A DNA stretch of 64,000 nt from Myxococcota bacterium (GTDB taxonomy: Bacteria > Myxococcota_A > UBA796 > CAJQPC01). Location: positions 32,001 to 96,000 of the forward strand of contig JAZAMN010000016.1 in NCBI GenBank assembly GCA_036229005.1, given 5' to 3'. The position numbers and the translations under genes are program-made. The notes below the pieces were generated by a model. The model searched no databases, was not told the DNA's origin, and worked only from the letters and a program-made list of their open reading frames with translations. Numbering within the stretch: position 1 is the first letter of the stretch; every line of letters begins with the position of its first letter. This document shows, piece after piece, positions 27,540 through 39,704 of the stretch.

Positions 27540-29720
27540 TCAGTCCTCGGGCACCCACTCCGGCGCCCGCGCAGTGAGCGTCAGCGTGTAGGTCCCCGCC
27601 GCACCTCGCAGGCGCAGGAAGTCCCAAGGATGGGGGGTGCCCACGGAGAGCCCGGCGGTGAGCCCAGAGGCCTCCTGCCACGAGATCACCGCCACCTCAT
27701 CCACCGCGACCACGCCTTCGCCCTCCTCCGGCGGCCGGGCCCGCACCTGGAGCTGGAGCGCCCGGGGGTTGTTCTCGCGGTCCGTCACGTCGTCCGTGTC
27801 CGGCGGCATGGCCAGATCGGACCAGTGCATGCGCCACTGATCGTCCGGGAGCGCGCGGATGGGCACTTGCTCGCCGAACTCCCGCTCCCCCTCGCTGGCG
27901 CGGATGGTGGCCTCGAGCTGCACGGGCACCTGGGCGTCGCTCCACACGTAGGCCAGCACGCTCAGGCGCTTGATCGGCGCGTCCAGCGCGTCGCCCTCCA
28001 CCCGGATGCGGTTGCGGAAGGTGACCACCACGTCGGAGTCGTTGGTGGACCCGCGGGTCATGCACAGGCCGGCCACCCCCCGGTAGGCGTGGCTCACGCA
28101 GGCAAAGCGGGACTCCGAGCCCAGCAGCCAGCGGCTGGCCTCCAGCAGGTCCTCGTCCACGTCGTCGTCCTCGAAGCCGCCAAAGAGCAGCAGGTCCCGC
28201 CCCAGCGCGCCCTCCAGGTCCCCGTCGCTGCGCACGAAGGCCAGGGACTCGGCGGGGTCCAGGTGCTCCCGCAGGTCCAGCACCGCCACGCCGCCCTCGG
28301 GGATCTCCACCGTCAGCGACAGATCGCGCTCCTGCACCCGCCGCGTGCCCGCGTCCCCGCTCACCTGCAGCCGCCCGTTGTTGGGCGCCACCACCGCGTC
28401 GTAGTCGCGCCCGCTCCACATCACCCGCCGCAGAAAGCGCGCCGCCAGCGGGCCCACCATCGGCCGCGGCCGGTAGTCCTCCAGGTAGATCGGCGTGGCC
28501 TGCGCCCCCGACCAGGCCGCGCCCTCCAGCTCCACCTCCAGGATCAGCCCCAGGAAGGTCTCCAGGCGCTGCTGGTCGAAGATGAAGTTCCCCAGGCTGT
28601 GGGCCACCAGCACGCCGTCTCGCACGTCAAAGCCCTGGGCGATGTGCGGGTGGTGCCCCACCACCAGGTCCGCCTGCTCGGCCGCCAGCGCGAAGCGGGT
28701 CGCCGTGTACTCCGAGGGCGCCTCGCTGTACTCCTTGCCCGTGTGGAGCTGCGCGATCAGCGTGCGCCCCAGTGCCGCCACCCGCAGGCTCTCGACCACG
28801 CCGTCGTCGTCGGTCAGGTCCGCCGCCCCGCCCTGGGTCTCGCTCGCGACGTACTCGATCTCGTGCATGGACCCCGTCACCGAGGTCGCCGACCACAGGC
28901 TGTAGGGCCGCCCGTCCGCGTCGAGCTCATAGGCCGCGAACGCCTCCTCCGGGGTCAGCCCCGCGCCGCTGTGCCCCAGCCCGGCGTCCTCGACCGCGGC
29001 CAGAGTGTCGACGACTCCCTGCTCCAGGTAGTCGTAGAGGTGGTTGTTCCCAAGCGACACGTACCCAAAGCCCGCCTCGACCACCGCATCCAGGGTCTGG
29101 GGGAGGGAGAAGAACACGTAGTCCTTGGTCGGATGTGGGCTCACCGGCTCCACAGTCGCTGGGCTCTCGAAGTTGAGGATGCGCTGATCGGCCCCAGCGA
29201 GGAGCGGCGCGACCCAAGCAAAGGTCTGCTCTGCGCCGGGCTTTGGGTCACTGGCCTGGATCAGCGCCTCGGGGTCGTCGGGGGGGATGGCGTCCAGCGG
29301 CGTGCTCTCGTCCGTGTCCACGAAGCGGCGGCCAAAGCCCGTGTCCCCGGCGAACAGGAAGCGGGTGCGCCCCGAGACCCGCGGACGCAGCACGATGGGG
29401 TCCAGGGTCAGGCCGTCCACGCTGGCCGGCTGCAGCAGGGCCACCGGCACCACCACCGGGTAGAAGCCCTCGGCCTCCACCTCCAGCAGGCCATTGGCTC
29501 GGTCCAGCCCCGAGAACGAGAAGCTGCCGTCGGCCGCCGCAGTGACCTCCCGCTCCTGGATGCGCAGCGCGGTCACGCCCAGGCTGCCGCCCTCCGCGGG
29601 ACTAAGGGATCCCCCTAGGGAGATCTGCTGGGCGAACAGAGCCTCCCGGGCCTGCACCTCGAACTCCGGGAAGGTCTCACCCTCCGGAGATCCGCACGAC
29701 ATCAGCGTTATCAGCAACAC
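27540..29720 (-). CDS. capA: CapA/PgsA-family metallophosphatase-fold lipoprotein with N-terminal Ig-like and C-terminal beta-sandwich domains
   Basis: GTG at 29720 after AGGAGG (MLLITLMSC). Motifs FAGD, NFESP, LGNNHLYDY, HTGKEY, GHHPH and SLGNFIFDQ. Confidence 0.9.
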   Translation of the reverse strand: MLLITLMSCGSPEGETFPEFEVQAREALFAQQISLGGSLSPAEGGSLGVTALRIQEREVTAAADGSFSFSGLDRANGLLEVEAEGFYPVVVPVALLQPASVDGLTLDPIVLRPRVSGRTRFLFAGDTGFGRRFVDTDESTPLDAIPPDDPEALIQASDPKPGAEQTFAWVAPLLAGADQRILNFESPATVEPVSPHPTKDYVFFSLPQTLDAVVEAGFGYVSLGNNHLYDYLEQGVVDTLAAVEDAGLGHSGAGLTPEEAFAAYELDADGRPYSLWSATSVTGSMHEIEYVASETQGGAADLTDDDGVVESLRVAALGRTLIAQLHTGKEYSEAPSEYTATRFALAAEQADLVVGHHPHIAQGFDVRDGVLVAHSLGNFIFDQQRLETFLGLILEVELEGAAWSGAQATPIYLEDYRPRPMVGPLAARFLRRVMWSGRDYDAVVAPNNGRLQVSGDAGTRRVQERDLSLTVEIPEGGVAVLDLREHLDPAESLAFVRSDGDLEGALGRDLLLFGGFEDDDVDEDLLEASRWLLGSESRFACVSHAYRGVAGLCMTRGSTNDSDVVVTFRNRIRVEGDALDAPIKRLSVLAYVWSDAQVPVQLEATIRASEGEREFGEQVPIRALPDDQWRMHWSDLAMPPDTDDVTDRENNPRALQLQVRARPPEEGEGVVAVDEVAVISWQEASGLTAGLSVGTPHPWDFLRLRGAAGTYTLTLTARAPEWVPED

Positions 29721-29872
29721 AGGGGGCTGCCTCCTGCCGAGACCCAGGCTAGCACGCCAGGCCCCGCTCGGCGCCGTCACTAACGCGCCCCTGTCAGGTG
29801 GCCTCAAAGCCCTTCGGGGAAGCCCGACAACACGATAGTGTGGTCCCGACCCAGTTCCACTTGGAGAGACCC

Positions 29873-32068
29873 ATGTCTCGCTTCGCCCCCGCCCTGCTCC
29901 TGAGCCTCGCGGCCTGTTCCACCCAGAGTGTCGACTCCGACACCACCGCCCCCTCGCACATGCAGCCCACCTCGGCCGCTGTGAAGGGCGCTGGCTGCGC
30001 CTTCCAGGACAGCGACTGGACCGGCCGGGCGAACCTGCTGCTGGACGACCGCTTCGACGAGGTCGGCAGCATCCGCGTGGACGGCGACACCCTCTCCACG
30101 GCGGAAGAGGTCACCCACCTGCTCCAGAGCGGCAGCGACGCGCAGGTCCAGTGGGCCACCCTGGCCGTCAACGTGGCCATGAACGACGCGGGCATCTACG
30201 GCCAGTACGCCGACTTCGGCGCCGCTGAGCTCACCGAGGGCGCCTACCAGGGCAGCACCGCCCGCGACCTGCTCAGCCTCGCGGGCACCGCCGCCGGCGA
30301 CGCCTCCCTGGTCGAGGCCATGGGCACCCTGAACTCCGGGTTCTCCGGCTGTCAGGCCAACTGGTACCTGGTGGACTGCACCGACGTCGACGGCGACGGC
30401 ATCCCCCTGGAAGAGGACTGCGACGACGCGGACGCCCGCATCGGCGCCGAGCTCTACAGCTCCGAGCTGGGCAGCGACGACGGCGACTTCCAGCCCACCA
30501 CCCAGCTCGGCGATGACTGGGCCTGGGACGGCGACTCCACCTACGCCACCGACGGTGGCCAGGAGGTCCAGCTCGGCACCTTCGTGTCCGGCACCGACTT
30601 CCCCGCCAACTACGTGGTCTACGCCAACGTCACCGCTCAGGGCACCGAGCCCGGCTGCGGCTTCGACTGCCTGGAGAGCTGCGGCGACTACGTCCCCGAG
30701 GACGACTGCTACACCGACTACCAGGCCCTCGCGCTGGGCATCCTCAGCTTCGAGGTCACCGGCTCCGGTCAGGCCACCCTGACCAACTCCGGCGACTACG
30801 ACGTCTGCATGGAGGGCTACGCCATGTGGGACCACGCCGGCAGCCAGTCCCTGGTCGTGGGAGAAGACGTGCTCTCCGGCGCCGACTACCGCATCCCCGC
30901 TGGCGGCAGCCTGGACCTCTACTACGGGTCCTGGACCACCGACAACGGCGCCTACAGCCCCTACCTCGATGAGCCCAGCTTCTGGTGCTACCAGAACGGG
31001 ACCACCCTGTCCCCGGGCACCGCCTACAGCTCCATCGGCGCCTGGCTGCCGGAGGACATGCAGTACTACGTCGGCACCGAGACCGACGAGGACTGCGACT
31101 CCGTCACCGACCAGGAGGACTGGACCGACTCCCTGGGCGTCCAGACCCAGCACAACCTCTGGGACTACCAGGACACCCACGCCGCCGTGGCCATCGGCAA
31201 GCTCGCCGAGAGCACCAGCAGCGGCACCGTCCAGGTCACCCTCACCGCCCAGAACCGCGGCGCCGTGAGCACCACCGCCACCGTGACCGACACCGTGCCG
31301 GCCACCTGGTCCCTGGTGAGCTGCGATGTCACCCCCGACACCGAGTCCACCAACAGCGACGGCTCCACCGAGCTGACCTGGGACATCGCCTTCGGCGGCT
31401 GCACCAGCGACTGCGCCAGCTACGACGAGACCGTCATCACCTGCGAGATCGTCTCCAACCTCTCCGTCGACATGGACATCGTGGAGCTGCCCCAGGCCTC
31501 CGCTGACTACTTCGACGGCTCGGACGACGAGACCTCCTACTCCATGCAGGCCGCCGCGTTCGACTACGACTTCGACGCCGACGGTCAGGTCCTCTGCGGC
31601 GAGACCGAGCGCTGGCGCGCCGGCATCCTGGTCCGCGCCTCCGTCGACTCCGACCAGGACGAGGGCTACAACGGCTACCGCTGCGCCCTGGCCAACAACG
31701 CCGAGGAGGAGTGCTTCGACCCCGGCCACTTCCTGCAGATCGGCGAGTTCATGGACGCCCCGGAGGACGGCATCAACTCGGAGTGTGAGGGCACCTGCGA
31801 CAACCCCACCTTCGACCAGCTCGCCCGCGCCGACCACGACGGCAGCACCGACCTGAGCGCCGGCGACAGCGCCGCCCTGACCTTCTGGGTCTACGGCGAG
31901 GAGCTCTACTGCGCCGCCGCCGACTCCAGCGGCAGCACCTTCGCCGAGGCCACCGCCAACGACGACAGCTTCCCCGAGGGCGAGACCGGCTTCTCCACGC
32001 TGAACATGTACGGCGACTTCGAGAGCATCCGCGTCTGCGAGGTCTTCACCGCCCACAGCGACAAGTGA
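29873..32068 (+). CDS. Acidic Cys-rich lipoprotein with a DUF11-like Ig domain
   Basis: ATG at 29873 after GGAGA; lipobox LAAC; VTLTAQNRG...VTDTVPATW; very rich in Asp, Thr and Cys. Confidence 0.75.
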   Translation: MSRFAPALLLSLAACSTQSVDSDTTAPSHMQPTSAAVKGAGCAFQDSDWTGRANLLLDDRFDEVGSIRVDGDTLSTAEEVTHLLQSGSDAQVQWATLAVNVAMNDAGIYGQYADFGAAELTEGAYQGSTARDLLSLAGTAAGDASLVEAMGTLNSGFSGCQANWYLVDCTDVDGDGIPLEEDCDDADARIGAELYSSELGSDDGDFQPTTQLGDDWAWDGDSTYATDGGQEVQLGTFVSGTDFPANYVVYANVTAQGTEPGCGFDCLESCGDYVPEDDCYTDYQALALGILSFEVTGSGQATLTNSGDYDVCMEGYAMWDHAGSQSLVVGEDVLSGADYRIPAGGSLDLYYGSWTTDNGAYSPYLDEPSFWCYQNGTTLSPGTAYSSIGAWLPEDMQYYVGTETDEDCDSVTDQEDWTDSLGVQTQHNLWDYQDTHAAVAIGKLAESTSSGTVQVTLTAQNRGAVSTTATVTDTVPATWSLVSCDVTPDTESTNSDGSTELTWDIAFGGCTSDCASYDETVITCEIVSNLSVDMDIVELPQASADYFDGSDDETSYSMQAAAFDYDFDADGQVLCGETERWRAGILVRASVDSDQDEGYNGYRCALANNAEEECFDPGHFLQIGEFMDAPEDGINSECEGTCDNPTFDQLARADHDGSTDLSAGDSAALTFWVYGEELYCAAADSSGSTFAEATANDDSFPEGETGFSTLNMYGDFESIRVCEVFTAHSDK

Positions 32069-32069
32069 G

Positions 32070-32924
32070 TTGAGCGCTCTGCTCCGAGCGCGGGGGGGCT
32101 TCGGCCTCCCCGTCTCTGCTCTGGCCCTGCTCTCTCTGGGAGCGGGGCTGGTGGGCTCTGGCTGCACCCGCGGCACACCCACTGACAGCCAGCCCGCCGA
32201 CGACACCCAGAGCACCGACACCGCCGGCGAGGACACCGGTCCGCAGGACTCCGATCCGCAGCCCACCGAGGACTGCGGCAACGGCCTCGACGACGACAGC
32301 GACGGCCTGGTCGACTGCCTGGACCCGAGCTGCACCCTGGAGTGCGCCGAGGACTGCGAGAACGGCAGCGACGACGACGCCGACGGCCAGATCGACTGCG
32401 ACGACAGCGAGTGCGCCGACGAGCCCCAGTGCCTGGGCGGCTACACCGTGAGCGCCGAGATCACCTTCCAGAGCCTGGAGCTCTCCTACGGCCCCGGCGT
32501 GCAGGCGGAGCTGGGAGAGCCCGGGACCGCCCGCGCGACCGGGACCATCGCCTTGAGCGGCGTGGCCAACGACGACCAGGGCAGCGACTTTGCGTGCTCG
32601 GGCAACCTGGTGGCCGAGCCCGTCGCCGAGGGCGGCTTCTTCGGCGCCTTCGCCGCGTCGGAGGCCGCCTGCGAGGGCTGCGACTACGGCATGACCATGG
32701 TGCTCACGCCCCTGTGGCCGGGCGGCTGCCCGGTGATCACCCTGCCCAGCTTCAACGTGGCCGCCCAGGACGGCAAGGCCGGCCTCTACCTGCAGGACCC
32801 CGACGGGAGCTGGCGCTACTTCTTCCGGGGCACCGGCACCTGGGGCGACCAGGACGACGACCGCGTGGCGGACATCGTGGACGCCGTCGGCCGCGAGCCC
32901 CTGAGCTGGGTGGGCGACTACTGA
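32070..32924 (+). CDS. Lipoprotein with two EDCxNGxDDDxDGxxDCxDxxC repeats
   Basis: Hydrophobic signal ending GSGC; two Cys/Asp repeats. Exact start uncertain. Confidence 0.7.
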   Translation: MSALLRARGGFGLPVSALALLSLGAGLVGSGCTRGTPTDSQPADDTQSTDTAGEDTGPQDSDPQPTEDCGNGLDDDSDGLVDCLDPSCTLECAEDCENGSDDDADGQIDCDDSECADEPQCLGGYTVSAEITFQSLELSYGPGVQAELGEPGTARATGTIALSGVANDDQGSDFACSGNLVAEPVAEGGFFGAFAASEAACEGCDYGMTMVLTPLWPGGCPVITLPSFNVAAQDGKAGLYLQDPDGSWRYFFRGTGTWGDQDDDRVADIVDAVGREPLSWVGDY

Positions 32925-32934
32925 GCCTGGGCGC

Positions 32935-33510
32935 TCAGTAGACCGGCCCCAGCACCATGCGCGGGTCCGGGTAGCGCTGCAGGGCCTGCTCGCGCTCAGC
33001 GGGGTCCACGGCGCCCGGGAGATCGTGGGTCTCGGGGCGCTCCGTGCTGAGCTGGAAGTGCAGGTGCGGCGGCCAGCCGCCGTTCTCGTGGTGGTCGCCG
33101 ATCCAGCCGATGACCTCGCCGGCGCCGAAGGAGTCTCCGGGCTGGCGGAGGCCCAGAGTGCTGGCGGTGAGGTGCCCATGCAGGGCCCACAGCAGCGCCC
33201 CCTCGACCTCATGCTCCGTCACGACCACGTGCCCATAGTCCCCGGCGGCGGGGTTGTAGCCCTGGTGCAGGACGCGTCCGTCCGTGAAGGCGTGCACGGC
33301 GGTGCCCACGGGGGCGCCCAGGTCGATGCCCACGTGCAGGGTGCGGCGGCCGGCGAAGAGCTCGGTGGTGTACATGCCGGGGCGCAGCTCGTCGTAGCGC
33401 CCGATGGACCAGGGCGTGGGCGGCGCGGGCGGCGGGCCGGGCTGGGAGAGGTCCAGCAGGGTGGCCCAGGGGGGGAGCAGGACGACGGGGTGGAACACGG
33501 GGAGCTGCAT
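32935..33510 (-). CDS. M23 family metallopeptidase
   Basis: ATG at 33510; HVGID (HxxxD), YG, HGHL and NGGWPPHLHFQ (HxH). Confidence 0.88.
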   Translation of the reverse strand: MQLPVFHPVVLLPPWATLLDLSQPGPPPAPPTPWSIGRYDELRPGMYTTELFAGRRTLHVGIDLGAPVGTAVHAFTDGRVLHQGYNPAAGDYGHVVVTEHEVEGALLWALHGHLTASTLGLRQPGDSFGAGEVIGWIGDHHENGGWPPHLHFQLSTERPETHDLPGAVDPAEREQALQRYPDPRMVLGPVY

Positions 33511-33555
33511 ACGGGTCCTATGGGATTGGGGTAGGTTGCCAGAAAGGAGCGCACC

Positions 33556-34140
33556 ATGCCGCTGTGGATCTTCCTGAGCCTGGCCTGCACCGGAGAGACC
33601 GGCAACGACACCCAGCCCGCCGACACCGAAGAGGCCGACGCCGACACGGACGCGGACACCGACGCCGACTCGGACACCGACTCCGACGCGGACACCGACG
33701 TGGTCCCGCCCGGCAACGCCTACTGGCTGGTGGACACGGACGCCGGAACGCTCGAGGTCGCGCTGGAGGCCACCCAGGGCCACTACCTGGAGTGCATTCG
33801 AGACGGCGACACCCTGGAGATGGTGTTCTCCAACAGCGTCCAGACGGCCAACGCCAACGCCAAGGTGCGCATCAAGGCCTGCCCCTACGCCAGCGGCACG
33901 CAGTTCAACGCGCCCTACGACGCGGGCTGTGGCAGCGCGACCATGGACATGAGCTGGACGGGCGACGACGGCACCTGGAACGCCGACCAGGACGCCGAGG
34001 GCCTGAACTGCAGCGTCACGATCAGCGACGACGGCACGGACTACAGCGGCAGCTTCGCGTGCAGCCCCATGACACAGCCCATCGGCTCGGACGGCTCGGT
34101 CAGCGTGAGAGAAGGCAGCTTCACCTGTCGTATGCAGTGA
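33556..34140 (+). CDS. Lipoprotein with (D-x)n acidic linker
   Basis: AAGGAG RBS, MPLWIFLSLAC, DADTDADTDADSDTDSD and paired cysteines. Confidence 0.8.
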   Translation: MPLWIFLSLACTGETGNDTQPADTEEADADTDADTDADSDTDSDADTDVVPPGNAYWLVDTDAGTLEVALEATQGHYLECIRDGDTLEMVFSNSVQTANANAKVRIKACPYASGTQFNAPYDAGCGSATMDMSWTGDDGTWNADQDAEGLNCSVTISDDGTDYSGSFACSPMTQPIGSDGSVSVREGSFTCRMQ

Positions 34141-34194
34141 ATGGGGTGATCCTTCGGGGGCGCGCCTGCTAGGATTGGCGCCCCGGAGGTCCCC

Positions 34195-36831
<2,637 letters not shown>

Positions 36832-36905
36832 CACCCCAGCCGACCTGATTCCAGGCACTTGCACATGGCACGCCCCTTGCTCCCCTGCGGAGCCAGGGGG
36901 ACCCC

Positions 36906-37391
36906 ATGTTCACGCTGCTCCTGGGCCTGCTGGCCCGCCCGCCGGCCGCCGACTGCCGCCACCACCACGCCCTCTGCGCGCTGCTGGGCGAGCAGACCGG
37001 CGCCTTCCTGCGCGAGCTGTGGTGGCTGCGCCAGCTCAACCTGCGCGAGCCCGAGCTCCGCGCCGCCGTGGTCCGAACACGACGCAAGCACACGCCCCCC
37101 GCGCAGCCCTGGAGCCCCACCGGCCCGCTCCAGCTCCGCAGCTACACCTGGCGCGCCCACGGCGTCTCCGAGCAGCTCATCGTGGGGCGCTCCTGGGAAG
37201 AGCAGGACCCGGGCCGCTGGACCCCCTCGGCCCACCGCCTCTGCCTGGGGGTGCAGAGCACACGCCCGCTGACCTGCGCCAACGAGGACACCCTGACCTG
37301 GTCCCGCTGGCGGCCCGCTCGCGTGGAGCGCGCCTGGCTGGTCCGGGAGGACGGGGAGACCCTGGGACTGGCGGCTACGCCCTCCGAGTGA
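36906..37391 (+). CDS. Hypothetical protein
   Basis: 161-aa ORF with GC3-biased codons and AGGGGG upstream. The stop codon lies inside the first 22-bp repeat unit. Confidence 0.55.
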   Translation: MFTLLLGLLARPPAADCRHHHALCALLGEQTGAFLRELWWLRQLNLREPELRAAVVRTRRKHTPPAQPWSPTGPLQLRSYTWRAHGVSEQLIVGRSWEEQDPGRWTPSAHRLCLGVQSTRPLTCANEDTLTWSRWRPARVERAWLVREDGETLGLAATPSE

Positions 37392-37638
37392 GCGAAACCG
37401 GAGGCTACGCCACCTGAATGAGCGGTCTTCTGAGGCTACGCCCCACCGGTGAGCGATCCGCCCACCGATCTGCCCTCGAGAGGCCCAGATCGGCCCCAAA
37501 TCGGGTCCAGAACGGCCCAGATCCGGGCTCTGGGGCCCAAGATCCAGCGCGAAGCGCTCACTGAGCACCCCTAGCCAAAAAACATCGCTCATTGAAGGCC
37601 GCTAGCCACCCCCCTGCGCTCATTGACCCCCCGTAGCC
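37373..37638. repeat. Palindromic array, copy 1: three direct and three inverted 22-bp bipartite units at 30-31 bp period
   Basis: Direct GGCTACG-N8-RTGAGCG at 37373, 37403 and 37434. Inverted CGCTCAY-N8-SSTAGCC at 37555, 37586 and 37617. 99-bp core. Confidence 0.85.
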
Positions 37639-37653
37639 ACCTCTGACTGGGTC

Positions 37654-37791
37654 TCAGGCATCAGGTATCAGGCGTCAGTCCGACACCCAGCGGTCCACCT
37701 GCAGCGCCGACGCCCCCACAAGTCGGCTGCCACCACCGCCCCGAGCCAGCACGCCTGCCATCGGCGGTTCCCGGTCGCCGGTCGCCGGTCG
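37654..37791. repeat. Heptamer repeats TCAGGCA/TCAGGTA/TCAGGCG and (CCGGTCG)3
   Basis: Read directly at 37654-37674 and 37771-37791. Confidence 0.7.
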
Positions 37792-37870
37792 CCGCGGCCC
37801 ATCATCGCGAGGCCGCTCGCCTCGGGGCCAACGCGAGCTGATCTCCGGCGGGCCGGTCACCGCCCGCCCT

Positions 37871-39700
37871 TCACTCCCCCTCCGACTCCTGCAGCGCCGC
37901 CCAGATCCTCTGCGCCGACCCCGCCCCGATCCCCGGCACCTGGGCGATCTCATCCGCGCTGGCCGCCTTCACCTTCTTGAGGCTCCCAAAGTGCGTCAGC
38001 AGCGCCTTGCGCCGCTTGGCCCCCACCCCCGGCAGGCCCTCCAGCATGCTGCCCAGCGCCGACTTGCGCCGCACACGCCGGTGGAAGCTGATCGCGAAGC
38101 GGTGGCTCTCGTTGCGGATGTGCCGCAGCACGTTGAGCGCGGGGTGGTTGTCCGGCAGGCGGATGGGCTCGTCCCAGTCGGGCAGGATGATCTTGTCCAC
38201 CGCGTCGAACTCGCCCCGGCGCTTCTCGGTGCGGGGCTTGGCCAGGCCGATCACGGGCTGGTCCTCCATGCCCAGGCCGGCCAGCACGTCCAACGCCACG
38301 TTGAGCTGCCCGCGCCCCCCGTCCACCACCAGCAGGTCGGGGAACACGCCCTCGTCGGCGGCCCGGCGGAAGCGGCGGCCCAGGACCTCGGCCATGCTGG
38401 CGTAGTCGTCCGGCCCCACGACCGTCTTGATGCGGTAGTGCCGGTAGTGCTTCTTGGCGGGGGCGCCGTCCAGGAACACCACGCAGCTCGCCACGGGGCT
38501 CTCGCCCTGGATGTTCGAGTTGTCCACGCACTCGATGCGGTGGGGGGGCGCGTCCAGCTCCAGCAGCTCGGCCAGGGCGCTCAGGGCGTAGTCCCGCCGC
38601 TCCTGGGCGCTGACCCGCCGGCGGTAGCGGTCCCGGGCGTTCTGGGCCGCCAGCTCCATCATCCGGGCCTTGTCGCCGCGCTGGGGCACCCGCACGACCA
38701 CCTTGGTGCCGCGGCGCTCACTGAGCACCTCGCTGAGGGCGTCGTGGTCCGCGGGGAGCTCGGGCAGCAAGATCTCCGGCGGTGGGAGGTCCTCGTCCGA
38801 GTAGAAGGCATTCACCCACCCGCTCAAGAGCTCGGCGGTCTCATCCCCCCGGCCCTCGAAGCGAAAGTGCGTGGGCTCCTTGATCTGCCCCTGCCGCACC
38901 GGCAGCACGCACACGTTGCCGCGGTCGCCCTCGCGGAAGAGCCCCCAGACGTCCCGCTCGCCCAGGCGCCGGTCCACCACCTTCTGCTGCTCCAGGGTGG
39001 CCTGGATCTCCCGGATCTGGTCCCGCAGCCGCGCGGCCTCCTCGAAGCGCTCGGCCTCGGCCGCCGCCAGCATGCGCTCCTGCAGGCGGTTCACCAGGTC
39101 CTGGCGCTTGCCCCCCAGCAGCAGCATGCTCTCGGCCACCAGGGCGTCGTAGTCCTCGCGGGTGGTCAGCCCCTCCACGCAGGGCCCCACACAACGGCCC
39201 ATCTGGTGCAGCATGCAGGGGGTCTTGCGGCTGGCCAGCACCTGGTCGCTGCAGGTGCGCAGAGGGAAGCTGCGCTGCAGCCAGGCCAGGGTGCGCCGGG
39301 CCTTCTGGGCGCTGGAGTAGGGGCCAAAGGTCTTCACCCCCGGCCGGATCTGACGCACCAGCGTGTAGCGCGGCCAGGGCGCCTTGGGGTCGATGGCCAG
39401 GTGCAGGAAGTTCTTGTCGTCCCGCAGCTTGACGTTGAAGGGCGGCCGGTGCTGCTTGATCAGCGAGTTCTCAAGGATCAACGCCTCTTTCTCGGTGTTG
39501 ACCACCACCACGTCGATGTCCGCCGCCTGGGCCACCATGTGGGGCACCATCACGCGCTCGTCGTTGCCGCTCAGGTACTGCCGCACGCGGGCGCGCAGGC
39601 TCTTGGCCTTGCCCACGTAGAGCACGTCCCCGCCGGCGTCCTTGAACAGGTACACCCCCGGTCGGGTGGGCAGCTTGCTGGCCTTGTCGTCCAGGCTCAC
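37871..39700 (-). CDS. uvrC: Excinuclease ABC subunit C
   Basis: GIY-YIG PGVYLFKD...YVGKAKSLRARV, UVR motif FEEAARLRD, RNase H-like IECVDNS and DGGRGQ, and HhH GVGAKRR. Confidence 0.98.
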   Translation of the reverse strand: MSLDDKASKLPTRPGVYLFKDAGGDVLYVGKAKSLRARVRQYLSGNDERVMVPHMVAQAADIDVVVVNTEKEALILENSLIKQHRPPFNVKLRDDKNFLHLAIDPKAPWPRYTLVRQIRPGVKTFGPYSSAQKARRTLAWLQRSFPLRTCSDQVLASRKTPCMLHQMGRCVGPCVEGLTTREDYDALVAESMLLLGGKRQDLVNRLQERMLAAAEAERFEEAARLRDQIREIQATLEQQKVVDRRLGERDVWGLFREGDRGNVCVLPVRQGQIKEPTHFRFEGRGDETAELLSGWVNAFYSDEDLPPPEILLPELPADHDALSEVLSERRGTKVVVRVPQRGDKARMMELAAQNARDRYRRRVSAQERRDYALSALAELLELDAPPHRIECVDNSNIQGESPVASCVVFLDGAPAKKHYRHYRIKTVVGPDDYASMAEVLGRRFRRAADEGVFPDLLVVDGGRGQLNVALDVLAGLGMEDQPVIGLAKPRTEKRRGEFDAVDKIILPDWDEPIRLPDNHPALNVLRHIRNESHRFAISFHRRVRRKSALGSMLEGLPGVGAKRRKALLTHFGSLKKVKAASADEIAQVPGIGAGSAQRIWAALQESEGE

Positions 39701-39704
39701 GCGC

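Noticed and set aside
37373..37638. TIGR-type guide RNA array or integron attC sites
   Set aside because: There are only three units per orientation, the period is 31 rather than about 36, the arrangement is inverted, no Nop-domain or integrase gene is nearby, and there are no RYYYAAC/GTTRRRY ends. Kept only as an unexplained repeat.
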